Assembly: GCA_035221665.1 (NCBI GenBank)
Contig: CM069134.1
Span: 80,600,001 to 80,664,000 of the forward strand
Direction of reading: 5' to 3'
Source: Okamejei kenojei
Taxonomy: Eukaryota
Length of the DNA stretch: 64,000 nucleotides
In this document: piece by piece, positions 1-13,892 of the stretch
Numbering within the stretch: the first letter of the stretch is position 1
Layout of the letters: each line of letters starts with the position of its first letter
The notes under the pieces: generated by a model
Databases searched by the model: none
Seen by the model: the letters and a program-made list of their open reading frames with translations, nothing else
Told to the model about the DNA's origin: nothing
Translations under genes and position numbers: made by a program

Positions 1-3000
1 AGTTCTCATTCAACAAGCTAAACGTTTCCATTTGGTGCGATGATGATGTGCTGCCTCTCATTTACTATTCCTGGCCGCCGCAACGTTAAATGCCCACTCC
101 GGATCTCTCCTCCCCCTCACCCATCACATGGCCAGCGGAGGCATTAAACCAGGCTGCTTGCAGGCAGCGAGCGGCGAGGAATCGTATTTTGATCGTGAGG
201 TGGAGACTCAAGGTCTCATCCAAGTTCCTGACCCATTCTCAAGAGGTCAACCTGTCCGCTCTCCTCGCCACCCACTGGGTTTTAGCTCCAGGTTGTGTCC
301 TGCTCGCGTTAACAACAATTGCACGCTCTTGCTTATTCAGAATGTATCTACCTACAGCCTTTAATTTGTTTGAAAGAATTGACTTTACTTCGTCACCAGA
401 CCCACCGCCCTTTTGTGCTTGGAGTTCTCCAATTGACCTTCCGGTGGATTCATCTAGAGGAGCAATGGGCATCGGGCCATGTCCGTAGAATAATCCCTCC
501 CCCCTCCCTCCCTATTTTTAAACAATCCGCTTATGTGATATATTTACCCACCATTATGCCACAGTTTTCTATTATTTTCCCACAGAACCACTTCACACAC
601 ATTAGCAGCAGGAGTATAGACCACTCGACCCTTCATTACCTAACCCCCCCACTTCAGTATGTCATCTTATGCTGGACGTATAATCCTCTCTGTCCCATTT
701 TCTACCCCCCCCCCACTCCTTGAAATTTCATTATCTTGATCGATTGGCATGGTGATCCATGGGTGACGGTTCGGGATTTTGGGAACCTCACAGTCTCTCG
801 GAGTCCCAAGTCCATGTTCCTTGAAGTGGAGTCGTAGAAGATAAGGTGGTCAAAAAGACTTTCTCCATTCCTATCTCATGCCTATGAGTATTTTAGGAGA
901 ATCATTTTGCATTTCTAAACATCAAATATTTTATATCACGTTGGTTCAGTAGGGCACAAGTCGGAAATGTCTTGAAAGGGTGCTTTTTATTAGAGGTTCT
1001 GGGTCTCCGGATCTTATAAAGCCCTAGGATTTTGTGGGAGCTGAGCGAGGTTTTGAGTTGGTGGCCAGGTGGGTGAGTGAGGAGGAAGGATTTAATACAG
1101 TGAGTTGATGGGGGGGGGAGTTGTGGGTGGATGTGGCGATGTCTAACAAAGGTAGGCAGACTGCCGACTGGTCCTTGACACGAGTGAGATGTTAAAGTGG
1201 TGAGGCCTCTGGGGGACTGACTGTGGAGAGGAGAAGCGGCGGGCAGACGGGGGACAAGAGTCTAATCAGGGAGGAGTGCCCTGGTGCATGAAACAGTTCC
1301 CTTGATGGGGTGGGATGTCCGTCGCTTAGGTATAGGATTAAGGAAAAGGTGGAGGGACGTCTAACAAAGAACTTTTTGGAAGCGCATTGGACAGAGGAGT
1401 CAGATCAGAGATTGGAGTGCTGAGAGTAGGGAAGGTTTCTAGAGGGTAGAGGGGATTTTGAGATGTGATGGATGAGAAGACGTGAGAGAGGGGGCCCGAG
1501 TTTTCTTGGGTGAGAAGGGGAAGAGTGAGACAGTTGAGTATAGAAAACAAGGAGGAGTGTAGTGTGAATGAACCGTAGTATAGTTTTACAAGTAAAGAGT
1601 TGTAGTAGTAGAGTGTTGACAGTAAGATTAGGGGCTGAGGCACCAAGAAGAATTTTTGAGGAAAATCGCACAGGGGGATTGTCAAGCTTGAGGGGGTGCT
1701 AAAGGAGGAAAGTGATAGGGTTGGGTGGGGGAAGGGAGGGGGGAAGCAGTGAAGGATTTAGATGTCGATGATAGTTTGGGGAAAGAGTCATAGGAGACAG
1801 AGGCTGGAGGGAGGAGTAGAAAAGGTTAAGGAGAGTAGGCCCGCTGGAGTCTCTAAGAAGTGAGGAGAAGAGTTATTGGAGCTTTGTGGTGAAGCTGTAG
1901 CGGGGGGAGTGAGGAGGAAAAAAAGCGTGAGAGAGAGGTCTGAGTAGGAGTAAAGCGTGAATAGGAAGAATCATGAAGTAGTGAATGGATATAGGGAAGA
2001 GAGGCGAGAATGAGGAATAAGTCGGTGTGAAGGTAAATAGGGGAGGAAGTCATGCATAAATGAGATGAGTGTGTGAGTTGTGTAGCTTCTTGTCTCAAGA
2101 GTAGGGGGCAAGCGAGGACTCATAGAGATCATAGGTTCAAGGACACAAAAGGGGAAAATGATTTCATTGGAATTGCTGAGGGGTAAGTTTTTCACACAAA
2201 GGGTGTGGGTGTATGGAATACAAGCTGCCAGAGGATGGTAGTTTGAGGCTGTGGCTAATTTCAACGTTTAAGAAACAGTAGGACAAGTACAGGGATCATT
2301 AGGACATGTTTGGTAATAGATATGGACCATAATGGGCATGTGTAAGCTGGGACAATGTTGGCCGGTGTGTTGGGCTATTGTTGGGCCGAAAAAAGGGCCC
2401 CTGTTTCCATTACTGGTATCCACTCTTATGACTCTAGAACTACTATGGCTTTGCGCGAATATCCAGATAATTCTCACCATTCCTCTGTTAGTGGAAAATT
2501 TTCTTTTGTACCTCAATTTTAGAGTAGTAAGCGATATGGGGATTTCAGTAGTTAGATGCTTCCATGCATATTTATCAGCACTAGAGTTGAGAGGCATCCA
2601 CTGGTGGGTAGATTAGTAATGTCCTTCTCCATTTAAGTGTGCTGTGATAATGTCCCCCTCCATGTTCTTGGCAGCCAGAATGGCTCCTCATCCGTTGAGT
2701 GTCTCCAGTTTTTCAGTGTCTGTTGCTGCGGTAGGATCGTCCCGGCCTTGCTGCTGGCGCATCCGACCCCGTTATCTTGGTGAGTCCGTATAACGTACTC
2801 CCTTGGTCAAAATGTCTCTTTGCAGTGATTAATATTCTAATATCCTACTTCCTTTTCAACCCTTTCCCTTAAATCATTGCTATGTTTGTGCACAATGCTC
2901 AATATCATTCATCTAAAATTGTAAGGAAGATTTGACATCTAATACTATTTAGCCGGGGTAATCTTAGTGGTTAGCCAGGCATCCATATGTGCACTGGGAG

Positions 3001-5242
3001 TGGGGTATTGGCAACATTTCTGTTGTTTGGTGAACTTCCACACTCTTCGCATTCACATAATTAAATATACTATATTATGGCAATCAGGTGATTAACCATG
3101 TAAGACATTGCGTAATATTAACCCTAAGATAGGAGATGGTCTTAATTTTCAATCTAACACTGTGTAGCAACATTCAAAAATTACCAAGTGAGTAAGAGTT
3201 CGATTGGAGGGCAATGGAAAGAGCTCCTTAGGCAGATAACTAAATGAGGCTCACTATGACTGGGGGGTTCAAAGGAACATGCTGCAGGGGAGTTGGCACA
3301 AGTCCTTTGGTTGAGAAGAGACTGTTTCATAAATTGATGCGCGAAACTCTGGGAGGGTACCAGAAGATTTAGGAGGAAACAGCTAAATGGTAACTCTCTT
3401 GTTCAAAAAACTAACCAGGTTGATTTGGTGAAGCATTTACGCTGCAAGTGTGTTTTTACTATACTCGTTTTCACGAGAATTAATACGTAGAAAAAATAGG
3501 ATGGTGGTATAGAAAAAATCATTCAAAGAGAACAAAATGATAAATATTTGGTAATGCTGGGCAGGGTACTACCCTGGGAGTGTGTTGTGGTGCAGCAGAC
3601 GGGATCTTGGATTAAATGACACATCGTCCCTGATAAACTCGACCCAAAACGCTCACCCATTCCTTCTCTCCGGAGATGCTTGGCTTGTGTCGCTGAGTTA
3701 CTCTAGCTTTTTGTTAACCTGTCTATCACAGGGCAGAAAGTCGTTAGCGAACACAAGGCTTTTGGTGCATTTGGCCCTTCAGCAGGCAAGGATATTGACG
3801 TGTGATCGAAGTTGAGAACATTTACATTACAGTTCTACATGATATTGGTGAGATTCACATTTGGTATTGTTTTCTGTCAGTTTTGGTCACCCATGTGGTA
3901 GGAAAACGATTTGCCATTAAACAGTGGAGGATTTATAGTCAAGGATCTTCCCAAAACTGAGGGCGTGTTGAGTTATAGGAGAAGTTGGCAGGCTAGGACT
4001 GTAATTCTTTGGAGGGCAGGAAGTTGAGGGGGTATATTCTATAGAGATGTATAAATCATTAATGGGGAATAGATGATTGTGAATGCTAAGAATTTTGTTA
4101 ACCACAGGGTTAACCCAGGGTTAATCAAAAAGTCAAGGTCAAAGTCAAAAGAGTTTTATTGTCCATGTGTGGGTCCTTGACAGATCAATGAAATTATTTA
4201 TTTTGGGTTAGCACAACAGAACATATAGTAGGCATTGACTACAAAACAGATATCAGTGGTTCCATTATCTACTCATTATATACGTAAATACACGTGAAAG
4301 AATAAATTGATACAAGTGCAAATAACAGATAAAGGGGTATTAATTGTTCAGAGTTTTTTGTCCGAGCCAAGTTTAATAGACTGTGACGGCTATTAACCAG
4401 GGGACATTGGTTTGAAGTTGAGAGGAGCAAAGAGGAACTTGAGGGTGCAACTATGTTCATTTCAGTGGGTGGTGTGTATGTGGAATGATCTGGTAGAGGA
4501 ATTAGTTGAGGAAGTTACTATAACAGCATTTTAAAGAACACTCTGATGGGTACATGGATAGGGTACGAGTTCAGAGGAAATATGGGCCTAATAATTTTGC
4601 ACATGGGACATAGCGTAGGTGGGGCATCTTTGATCAACATGAATAAGTTGGACATCCAATGGGCTTTCTGGTTTACATCACATATGAACTTTAAGGGACT
4701 CAATATGTCTCTAATTAAACTATATAAAATTAGGTTTTATGAAAAATAAATTATAATTAATGAATGTGCTTGAATTATTTTGGGTATCTTGACAGGACTG
4801 AGAGTTGATAGAGGAGAACCAGTGGATTGCCAAAAGGCATTTGACAAGGTGCCATAAAAGGCTGAGACATAAATTAAAAGCCCGTAACATCAGAGAAAGT
4901 TGTTAGAATAAAGTTGTCGGAATAAAACAAAGAGTTAGAATAAATTTATCTTTTTCCAGACTGGAAGTAATTAGTGAAATGCTGCAGGGTTAGTTCTTGC
5001 TCCATAATTGTGGAATATTTAGATTAATGACGGTGGAGAAAGAACTATGTAAGGGTTCTAAATTTGCCAATAATATAGACATAGATGGAGGGGCATGCTC
5101 TGATTCTGCAATGGGATACAGTACAGATACATTGACCAAGTGGATAGAAGAATGACAATTTGAGTTTTGTGAGGAAGTATATTTTTGTAAGGACATGCAC
5201 CTTTGTAAAAGTAATCACAAAGCAGATTATAATTTCAATGGT

Positions 5243-6138
5243 TAAGAAGGAACTGCAGATGTTGGAAAATCAAAGGTAGACAAAATGCTGCAGAAATTCA
5301 GCGGGTGAGGCATTATCTATGGAGCGAAGGAAATAGGCAACATTTCGGGTCGAAACGCTTCTTCAGACTGATGTGAGGGTGGGGGGGGGGGGGGCGGGAA
5401 GAAGAAATGAAGAGGAGGAGCCAGTAGGCTGAGGGACAGCTGAGAAGGGGAGGTGAAGGGGTGCAAACGGCCCAAACGAAATATGAGGTGCTGCTCCCTG
5501 GTCAATTCGTCCCTTCCCACCCGAACCACCCCCTCTCCAGGCACTTTCCCTTGCAACCGCAAGAAATGCTACACTTGTCGGTTTACCACCACTCTTGACT
5601 CCATTCAAGGACCCAAGCAGTCTTTCCAGGTGCGACAGATGTTCAACTGCACCTCCTCCAACCTCATCTATTGCATCCACTGCTCTCGATGTCAGCTGCT
5701 CTACATCGGTGAGACCAAGCTTAGGCTTGGCTAATGCTTCGCCGAACACCTCCGCTCGGTTCACAATAACCAACCTGATCTCCCGGTGGCTCAGCACTTC
5801 AACTCCCCTCCATTCCGAATCCGACCTTTCTATTCTCGGCTCCTCCATGCCAGAGTGAGGACCACCGCAAATGGAGGAGCAGCACCTCATATTTCACTTG
5901 GGCAGTTTGCACCCCAGCAGTATGAACATTGACTTCTCTAATTTCAGGTAGCCCTTACTTTCTCCTCCCCTTCACAGCTTCCCTCAGCCCACTGGCTCCA
6001 CCTCTTCCTTTCTTCTTCCTGCCCTCCCCCCACCCTTCACATCAGTCTGAATAAGGGTTTCGGCCCAAAACATTGCCTATTTCCTTCACTCCTTAGATGC
6101 TGCCACCCATAGAGTTTCTCCAGCATTTTTGTCTACCT
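5243..6138 (+). mobile_element. 5'-truncated Penelope-like element with inverted terminal repeats, inserted in an old CR1
   Basis: GIY-YIG fragment NLIYCIHCSRCQLLYIGETK. ~5275-5452 is the reverse complement of ~5962-6138. Confidence 0.85.
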
Positions 6139-7260
6139 ATAATCTAAATGGGTAGAGACTACAAATAAATGAAGTTCAGAGTGATCAAAGTGTTCCAGTG
6201 TATGAATCACAAACTGCTAGCAGGCAGCTCAAAAAAGCATTTAAAAATGCAAAGAACATTTCGGACTTCATTGGAACAGGGTTGGAGTTTAAAAACAGGG
6301 AGGTCTGTTGCAATTGTACCGGGCAGAGGCCACACCTGGATTTTTTGCACAGTTTTGCCTCCCTTATCCAAAAAAAAGATAAAATAACATTGGAAGCAGT
6401 CCAAATGGGATTTCCTAGGCCAATTCCTAGGATGGGTGGGTTGGCCTGGCAGGAGATTGTTTGGGGACATAAGGAACTGCAGATGCTAGAATCTTGAGCA
6501 AAATAAGTGCTTGAGCAACTCAGTGCATCAGTCAGCATTTGCAAAGGGAATGGAAGAGGGAATGGCCTTCTGCTTTGTGAACAAGAGAACTACTTTGGTT
6601 GTTTCCCAATCCTCAGTACCCTCCCAGAGTTTAATAAGTTATCATGAGTTTCAACCAATGGGTCCGCTATCTCTGCTGGTATTTCCTTTAAACCCTTGCC
6701 ATACAGTTCATTGGTTCCTCATGATTTTTCCATCTTTAGACCTCTGACTTTTTCCAATACTTTGTGATTGGTATTTTTGTAGATTCTACCGTTTTAGATG
6801 AAATTGGACCATCTGATATCTTAGAGATATTAATAATGGCTTCAATGGCTAACACTTGTGCAATAAATGCATTCAACTTATCTGCAAATCTTTTGATTTT
6901 CGAGAGTCTCCAACCTACCCATTCCAGATATAAATCTCTCCGAAATGTTTCCAGTACATTAACATCCCTCCTTAAACAAGGAGACTCATACTGTACTCAG
7001 AAGAGATGTCACCATTGCCCGAACATATATCTTGTAGATAATGAAAATACATTACAATATCCGATGACCCTCATATAGGCAGCCTCATACTTGATGCCTC
7101 AGTGTTTAACTGGCGGCTCCAATGGTTTCTGACCATGGAATGCCAAGAGTAGTTAATTAGACATTCTCTGTGGAGATTATCTTTGCATGGTAGTGTAGGA
7201 TCTATTGAATCCCACAACAGAAAGCAAAGAACAAACAACATTTTGCTGAACCAGACACAT

Positions 7261-7884
7261 TGTGTCACGTTTATTCCAGAAGCCCCTTTTACCTACATTC
7301 TCAGCAATCCTCCCTCGTGTGCAGATAAGGTCAATTAGTGACCTTGCAATTGTTATTGAGCTCTTGTGACTGGACCTTCTCGTCGGCAAGTCGCCAGCTG
7401 TGACAGGCTGTATGCAAAACCAACGTGGGCGTGAAGGCGTCACAGCTCCCCCCTCAGCCACCGAGTCATACAAGGTGGCGACTGCCTGGATTTGTCCTGC
7501 CCCGTACCGGCCGGTGGGTTGATTTTACGGCCTGATCTTGTTTGGTACAGCAGTGTGGGAGATCCTTGTGACTTTGTCGGTTCGGTGTGTGAGGCAATCG
7601 GTTGGTTCTCGACAAATGCTGGCTTTAACCAGTCGATGGATACGATGTCAGTTTTTCCGTTCCGATAGATCACAAAACCTTTGGGTAGGCATTGGATGAC
7701 TTGGTAAGGGCCATCGAATGCTTGCTGAACAGGTCGGTGGATGGGGTCATGTCGGACCAAAACGTGTGTGCAGCGTTGGAGGTCAGCAGGCACGTAGACC
7801 ATTGCGGGTGTTCGCCATGTCAGTGTTGGCCTAAGTAGCTACAAAGTTTGCCGTAATTGATCGACATATCTGCTTGGATCATAG
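7261..7884 (-). mobile_element. Gypsy integrase C-terminus plus PPT and short 3' LTR (~7261-7444)
   Basis: THVLVRHD..FDGPYQVI..VSIDWLKPA..TRSGR. Purine tract GAGGGGGGAGC is followed by TG at 7444, AATAAA lies near the end, and CA is at 7261-7262. Confidence 0.8.
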
Positions 7885-8529
7885 TGTGAGGGATAAAGTG
7901 ATTAAACCCTATTAACGAAAGGAGTTTTAAAGAGAATTCAACAGAGAGGGGCTGGAGAGAGGATTCTGACACAGCAGTGTCTGAAGGTTGCCAGACCCAT
8001 CCTTGAGTCCTTGAGTAAGAAGTGATAGCATTGTATAGCTGTAGAAGGGAGTGATGTAGAGAGATCCCTATCAGTGGAAGGGAGTGATAGATGGGACCCT
8101 TGTCACTATAGCTTAGCTTTAGTATTGATATAGGAAAACTGAGAGGGTTCACTAGGAGGTGAGTAAAACTGGGCCAGTCATGAGCGATTGAGCATGCTTA
8201 ATAGAAAAAATGAATATTACAACACAACCCCTGGTCAAGAAATTGCTCATTACCATGAACATGTTTGAACGTACAATGTATGATATGGGAGGTGCGAGGG
8301 GATGTACGGTGGGATGTACCTACAGATTGTGCACCTCCGACCCTGATTGGAGAAGGGTCCGGAGGGGAGGTTGAATGTAGATTCTGTGTATAAAGGGAAT
8401 GATCTCTCTGGCTTCGGTGTGTCTCGAGTTGGAGAGGCACCCGGTCTGCAGACTCGTAAAATAAAGAAATCTCTTGCTTCCAAGATTTAGTCTTTGAGTA
8501 TTAATTGTGAGCATAAAGGGTATCTCACA
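7885..8529 (+). repeat. ERV 5' LTR
   Basis: TGTGAG...CTCACA terminal inverted ends, ATTGG 8346-8350, TATAAA 8389-8394, AATAAA 8460-8465. Near-identical to 15727-16375. Confidence 0.95.
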
Positions 8530-8532
8530 AAT

Positions 8533-8550
8533 TGGGGGCTCGTCCGCGAT
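8533..8550 (+). promoter_or_regulatory. Primer-binding site complementary to tRNA-Pro
   Basis: TGGGGGCTCGTCCGCGAT matches 17/18 of the MuLV-type PBS-Pro TGGGGGCTCGTCCGGGAT and lies 3 nt after the 5' LTR. Confidence 0.92.
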
Positions 8551-8817
8551 TGCCACTCCGGCTGCTTGGTGGAGGCAAAGAAGGAGGGGAAGGTGCACCC
8601 TGCTGATTTTCAGCAGTCTCTGATCTCCTTGCTTGCCATCAGCAGTTTGAGCGAGTGATATCCGGTGAAAAAGACTCGGGAAGCAAGAGGGGGTGTAAGG
8701 TAAATACATACGGGACGGTCGAGCGATTCTTGTGCACAGGACCCAGGTAAGAAAAACGACTATTAAGTATTACCTGGGCGACCGGGGTCTGTCGGACGGG
8801 AATAGTCCGACGAGATA

Positions 8818-10355
8818 ATGGGAAACCGGAACGGGAGAAGTAAGGGTCCGGGGAACCGGGATGAGGCTCATACTGATAATGGAGCCTAACATTCCCGATA
8901 GTCCGTTGGGGCGAATGTTGGATGGGGTGAAGGGAACACCCGGGGTAAGAGTAGGGAAACTATGATAAAGTTTTGTTACTTTGATTTAAAAAGGAGATGA
9001 AAAGTTTATTGGAAGACCCCTTGGGACTGGCTGAACAAATAGATCAGTTCCTAGGGCCAAAAAAATGTTTTTATGAAAAATATTGAGTTGTTTCAAACAA
9101 TCTCATTGAAGTAATAATGGAACTAATGTGAGGTGTGTAAAAACCGGTTTTGTATGAATGAGGAAGTTTGTATATGTGATAGGTTTGTTTGCTGTGGGCC
9201 ACATGTTGTAAGGGTATGTGTGTGTGTTCCTTTAAGAAATTGTAAGCAATGGGGAGGTTTATTGTAAGGTAACGGACAACACTTTGTAACATCGCAACTT
9301 AAAAAGGGGAAGTTGGAAAATGTAGGTTGCTTGGCTATCTATAGATTTCTTTTCAGTAAAGTTAATTTTGGAAAATTGTTAGTCGTAATGTATTTTAAAC
9401 TAGGAATTGGAATTTGGGAATTGTAGGGGGAAATGGTTTTGAACAAACTTAGAAATAAGTTAATTGCTGAACAACAAGCAGCTTTTATGGATTGTTTAAG
9501 ATAAACATTCTGGTTGGAGAAGGGTAATAAATTAAATGGGGCCCAGGTAAAAAAAAAAAGAGTTGGCAGACAATGATGTCAATAAGGGGAAGTTTGTTTT
9601 ACTTCATAAAAAGACAGATGGTCAGACAGGCAGGAGAAGGGTTACAGGCTCAAGTGGGAGCAGTAAAATATCCCATCACTGCAAGCCGAATTGGAGTAAT
9701 CAAACAGAGGAAGGAAGAAAAAGTATGAGAGATCAGGGAGATAATAATCAAGGGAATTAGAGAAGCCGTTCCCAAGGGACAGAATTTCGAACGGGCTTTT
9801 GAAATCAGCAGAACAAGGACGAACCTCCAACAGTGTTCTTACAAAGATTAAGGAAGAATGTCCAGCAGTATTCGGGGATAGACCCTGATACGACCGCAGG
9901 TCAGCAGTTGTTGAAGGTTAATTTGTAACAAAATCATGGCCAGATATTAGAAAGAAATTGGAAAAATTGGAAGATTGGAATGAAAAACCATTGAATCAGT
10001 TGTTAACAGAGGCTCAAAAGGTATATGTAAGACGGGATGAGGAGAAACAGAAGGGAAAGGCAAAAATGATGTTGCAAGCAGTACAGCAAGGAGTACAGAA
10101 GGGGGGAATCGAAGGTGATAGAAAGCCGGGTGCTCGTGGAGACCGGGGAAGAGGAAGCGGTAGTATTAGAGGACGAGGAAGAGGTGAATGGAGGGACCGA
10201 AGTTGGGGTCCCCGGGAAAACAAGGAAAAGGATCAGGAGGGTGCTACATGGGGCCACCCCGGTGTTATTATTGTAAAGAGCCGGGTCATTTCAAGAGGGA
10301 ATGTCCCAAGCTACGACGGGAGGTGCAGTCGTACGCACTCATGGAGGAAGAATAG
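8818..10355 (+). pseudogene. gag: ERV gag (frameshifted and disrupted in this consensus)
   Basis: MGNRNG start (myristoylation-type), PDSPLGRML matrix motif, capsid C-terminus (PDIRKKLEKLEDWNEKPLNQLLTEAQKVY), zinc knuckle CYYCKEPGHFKREC at ~10263-10304, and TAG at 10353-10355. Confidence 0.85.
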
Positions 10356-13300
10356 GGGAGTCAGGGGTTCCGCTCCCTGGGGTGTATGGGATACACACGG
10401 GAACCTCTGGTAAACTTGAGATTAGGACCCCAGGGAGAGGATATGATATTTATGGTAGATTCGGGAGCAGAAAGATCGAGTATAACTAAGGTACCAGAAG
10501 GAATGAGATTGGGTAAAAAACAAGTTAGAATCTCAGGGGTAGAAGGGAAAGTGATGACATTACCCGAGGTAGAAGGGGTGGTGGTGAAATATGAGAATCG
10601 GGAAACTATGGAAGATTTAATCTTGGTACCCCAGGCAGGGATAAATTTGATGGGAAGAGACTTACAAATTCAATTAGGAATGGGAACAGCCCCCGTAGGG
10701 GGACAGATAATAGTCCAATTGTATAAATTGACCACGGAGGACGTGGGAAGAATAGTCCCGCAGGTGTGGGCCAAGGAAGGAAACCGGGGTGGGCTGCAGA
10801 TCCCACCCTTGAAAAATAGCTCTGAAAAAAGAAAGTGAGATAGTACAGGTAAGGCAATATCCAATTTCTATGGAAGGAAGAAGAGGACTTCAGCCAATTA
10901 TAGAGAACTTACTAAAGGACGGTATATTAGAGAGTTGTATGTCCCCATATAACACCCCCGTACTCCCCGTAAGGAAGACTGACGGGACGTACAGATTGGT
11001 CCAGGATCTCAGGGAATTAAATAAGGTAGTTAGAACGCGACACCCGGTAGTCCGAACCCGTATACCATAATGGGACGGATACCCCCGAATCACAAGTGGT
11101 TCAGTGTGGTAGATTTAAAAGACGCTTTTTGGAGCTGTCCCCTGGCTGAAGAGAGCAGGGACCTTTTTGCGTTTTGAATGGGAAAACCCAGAGACCCAAA
11201 GGAAGCAGCAGTATCGGTGGACTGCACTCCCTCAGGGATTTACAGAGTCCCCGAACCTGTTTGGACAGATATTAGAACAAGTATTAGAGGACGTCCCGAG
11301 GACTGATGAGACACAGCTGTTGCAGTATGTGGGACGATTTATTACTGTCAGGGGAAGAAGAGGAGGCAGTTAAGGACGCAACAATAGCCCTCCTGAACTT
11401 TCTGGGGAAAAGGGATTGAGAGTGTCTAAAAGTAAATTACAGTTTTGTAGAACGAGAAGTAAATATCTAGGACACCTGATAAAGTGATGGGAAAAGGAGA
11501 ATAAACCCGGAAAGGATAGCGGGAATTACCGGACTGCCAATGCCGAAGAATAAGAAGGAGATTAGGAAGTTTCTTGGACTGATTGGATATTGTAGATTAT
11601 GGATAGATGACTATACCCGACAGGTTAGGTTCTATATGATAAATTAAGTGAAGAAAATGATAAAGTGAAGTGGGAATCCGGGGACGAACACCAGTTTAGG
11701 AAATTAAAGAACAGTTTAATCACTGCCCCTGTACTGGCTCTCCCGTCTATTGACCAAGCCATTCATCTTTTTGTGAATGCAGAAAATGGAATTGCGCTGG
11801 GAGTACTGACCCTAGAGAAAGGAGGAAGCGGCAGCCCGTCGCGTTCCTCTCCAAACTCTTGGATCCAGTATCGCGGGATGGCCAGTATGTATCCAAGCGG
11901 TAGCGGCAACAGCAGTGTTAGTGGAGGAAAGTAGGAAATTGACATTTGGAGGAACTCTGGTGGTGTCCACTCCCCACACGGTCCGGACGATACTAACTCA
12001 GAAGTCCAGTCGGTGGTTTGACGGTTCTAGAATCTTGAAGTATGAGGTAATACTTATGGAAAAGAATGCTTTGACCATAGTAACGGATAAAAACCTAAAT
12101 CCCTCTCAGTTTTTTGTACTCGGCAGGTGCTGAGCAGGAAGGAGAGTTATCAGAACATGATTGTAGTGACATAATAGAACTTCAGACAAAGAGTAGGGAA
12201 GATTTAGAAGAATGACCACTCGAGACAGGGGAAAGATGGTTCATTGATGGTTCTTCCCGATGCATAGACGGAAAAAGGTATAGTGGGTATGGCTATAATA
12301 ACCGGAGAAGGGTTTGAAAAAGTGGAAGCAGGCAGGTTACCAGGAAGTTGGTCCGCGCAAACGTGTGAACTGTATGCATTACTGGAGGGCATTGGAACTA
12401 TTGAAAGGGAAAGGAGGAACTGTGTATACGGATTCCAAGTATGCCTTTGGGGTGGTACACACCTTTGGGAAATCTGGAAAGAAAGAGGGATGATTACAGC
12501 CAGAGGGAAAGAGTTGGCTCATGAACAGTTAATTGAAAAAGCTTTGGAAGCACTAAAATTGCCAGAAAGAATAGTGGTGGTCCATGTAGCAGGCCACCAG
12601 AGAGGGAATTCGCTGGAAGCTAGAGGAATAGGGCAGTCGATAGTGCCGCTAAGACAGCGGCGACAGAAGGAACGGTAAAATGCTGTCTCTAATACCGTTG
12701 AGAGAAGGAATAGAGAAGATACCTGTATTCTCGCGGGAGGAGGAAGATTAAAATGAAATGAGTTGGGTGCCCGGCGCTCCACGGACGGGAAGTGGTGGAC
12801 GCCGAACGAAAAACAAATAATTACTAAAGGATTGACGAGGGATTTGATTAGACAACTATATTCGCAATCGCACTGGGGAGCTCGGGCTCTGTGCGACACG
12901 ATCCTACGTACTTATGCCTGTAGAGGCATTTATACTTTAGCCAAGCAGGCGGTGTCTGGTGTGTAGTGTGTCAAAAGGTGAATAAGAAGGTAATGAGAGC
13001 TGTCCCAGGGGAGGACAACAATTGGCCATTAGACCCTTCCAGAGAATACAGGTAGACTTCACAGAATTACCAAAAGTACAGCAGTGGAAATATCTTCTGG
13101 TTATAGTGGATCACTTCACCAGGTGGGTAGAGGCATTTCCCACGATAAATGCACTGCCCAGGCAGTTACTAAGATATTGCTGGAACAAATCATCCCACGA
13201 TATAGAGTAATTGAATCTGTAGACTCAGATCGAGGAACACATTTTGCTTCCAAGGTGCACCTATTAATTTGTCGCGCCTTGGAATAAACTGGAAGCTGCA

Positions 13301-13870
13301 TACTCCATGGCACCCCCAGAGTTTCGGGGAGAGTGGAGCGGATGAATGCCACTCTAAAAATACAGATAACTAAATTAATGGAGGAGACGGGGTTACCCTG
13401 GACTAAATGTCTACCAATTGCTCTATTGCGAATACGGACGGCACCACGAAAGGATATTGCGTGTCTCCCTATGAAATGTTGTTTGGATTGCCTTATTTTG
13501 GGAAGGTGAAGGCACACCAACCTTTGAGGGAGGTGATGTATTCTTGAGGAACTATTTACTGGCAGTGTCCCTTACAGAATTAAAAGCTAAAGGATTATTG
13601 GCTCAAAGCCCGCCACTCAACTTTCCAATACATGCTGTAAAAGCCGCGACTGGTACTGGTCCAAACATGGAAGGAGGAGAAACTCCAGCCCAGGTGGACT
13701 GGACCGTACCTATGTTACTGACAACCGAGACAGCAATACGAACAAAAGAAAAAGGGTGGACCCACGCGATCCCGGTTAAGGACCCGTCGATCCACCCGTT
13801 CCTGAGGAGGAGGAACAGTGGACGGTGATGCCGGGAAGTAAACCCCTAACAGTAATTTTTTTTAAAAAAG
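10356..13870 (+). pseudogene. pol: ERV pro-pol (protease, RT, RNase H, integrase), broken by scattered 1-bp indels
   Basis: Protease FMVDSGA. RT YNTPVLPVRK..YRLVQDLR, LPQGF and QYV(D)DLLL. RNase H WFIDGSS. Integrase IQVDFTELP, VDHFTRWVEAFP and DSDRGTHF. Confidence 0.92.
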
Positions 13871-13892
13871 CATTGAATGTATAACTGACAGT

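Noticed and set aside
1-2250. Possible decayed LINE (L1/L2-like) fragments
   Set aside because: Only weak motif hints in error-rich sequence; not enough to assign a family or boundaries.
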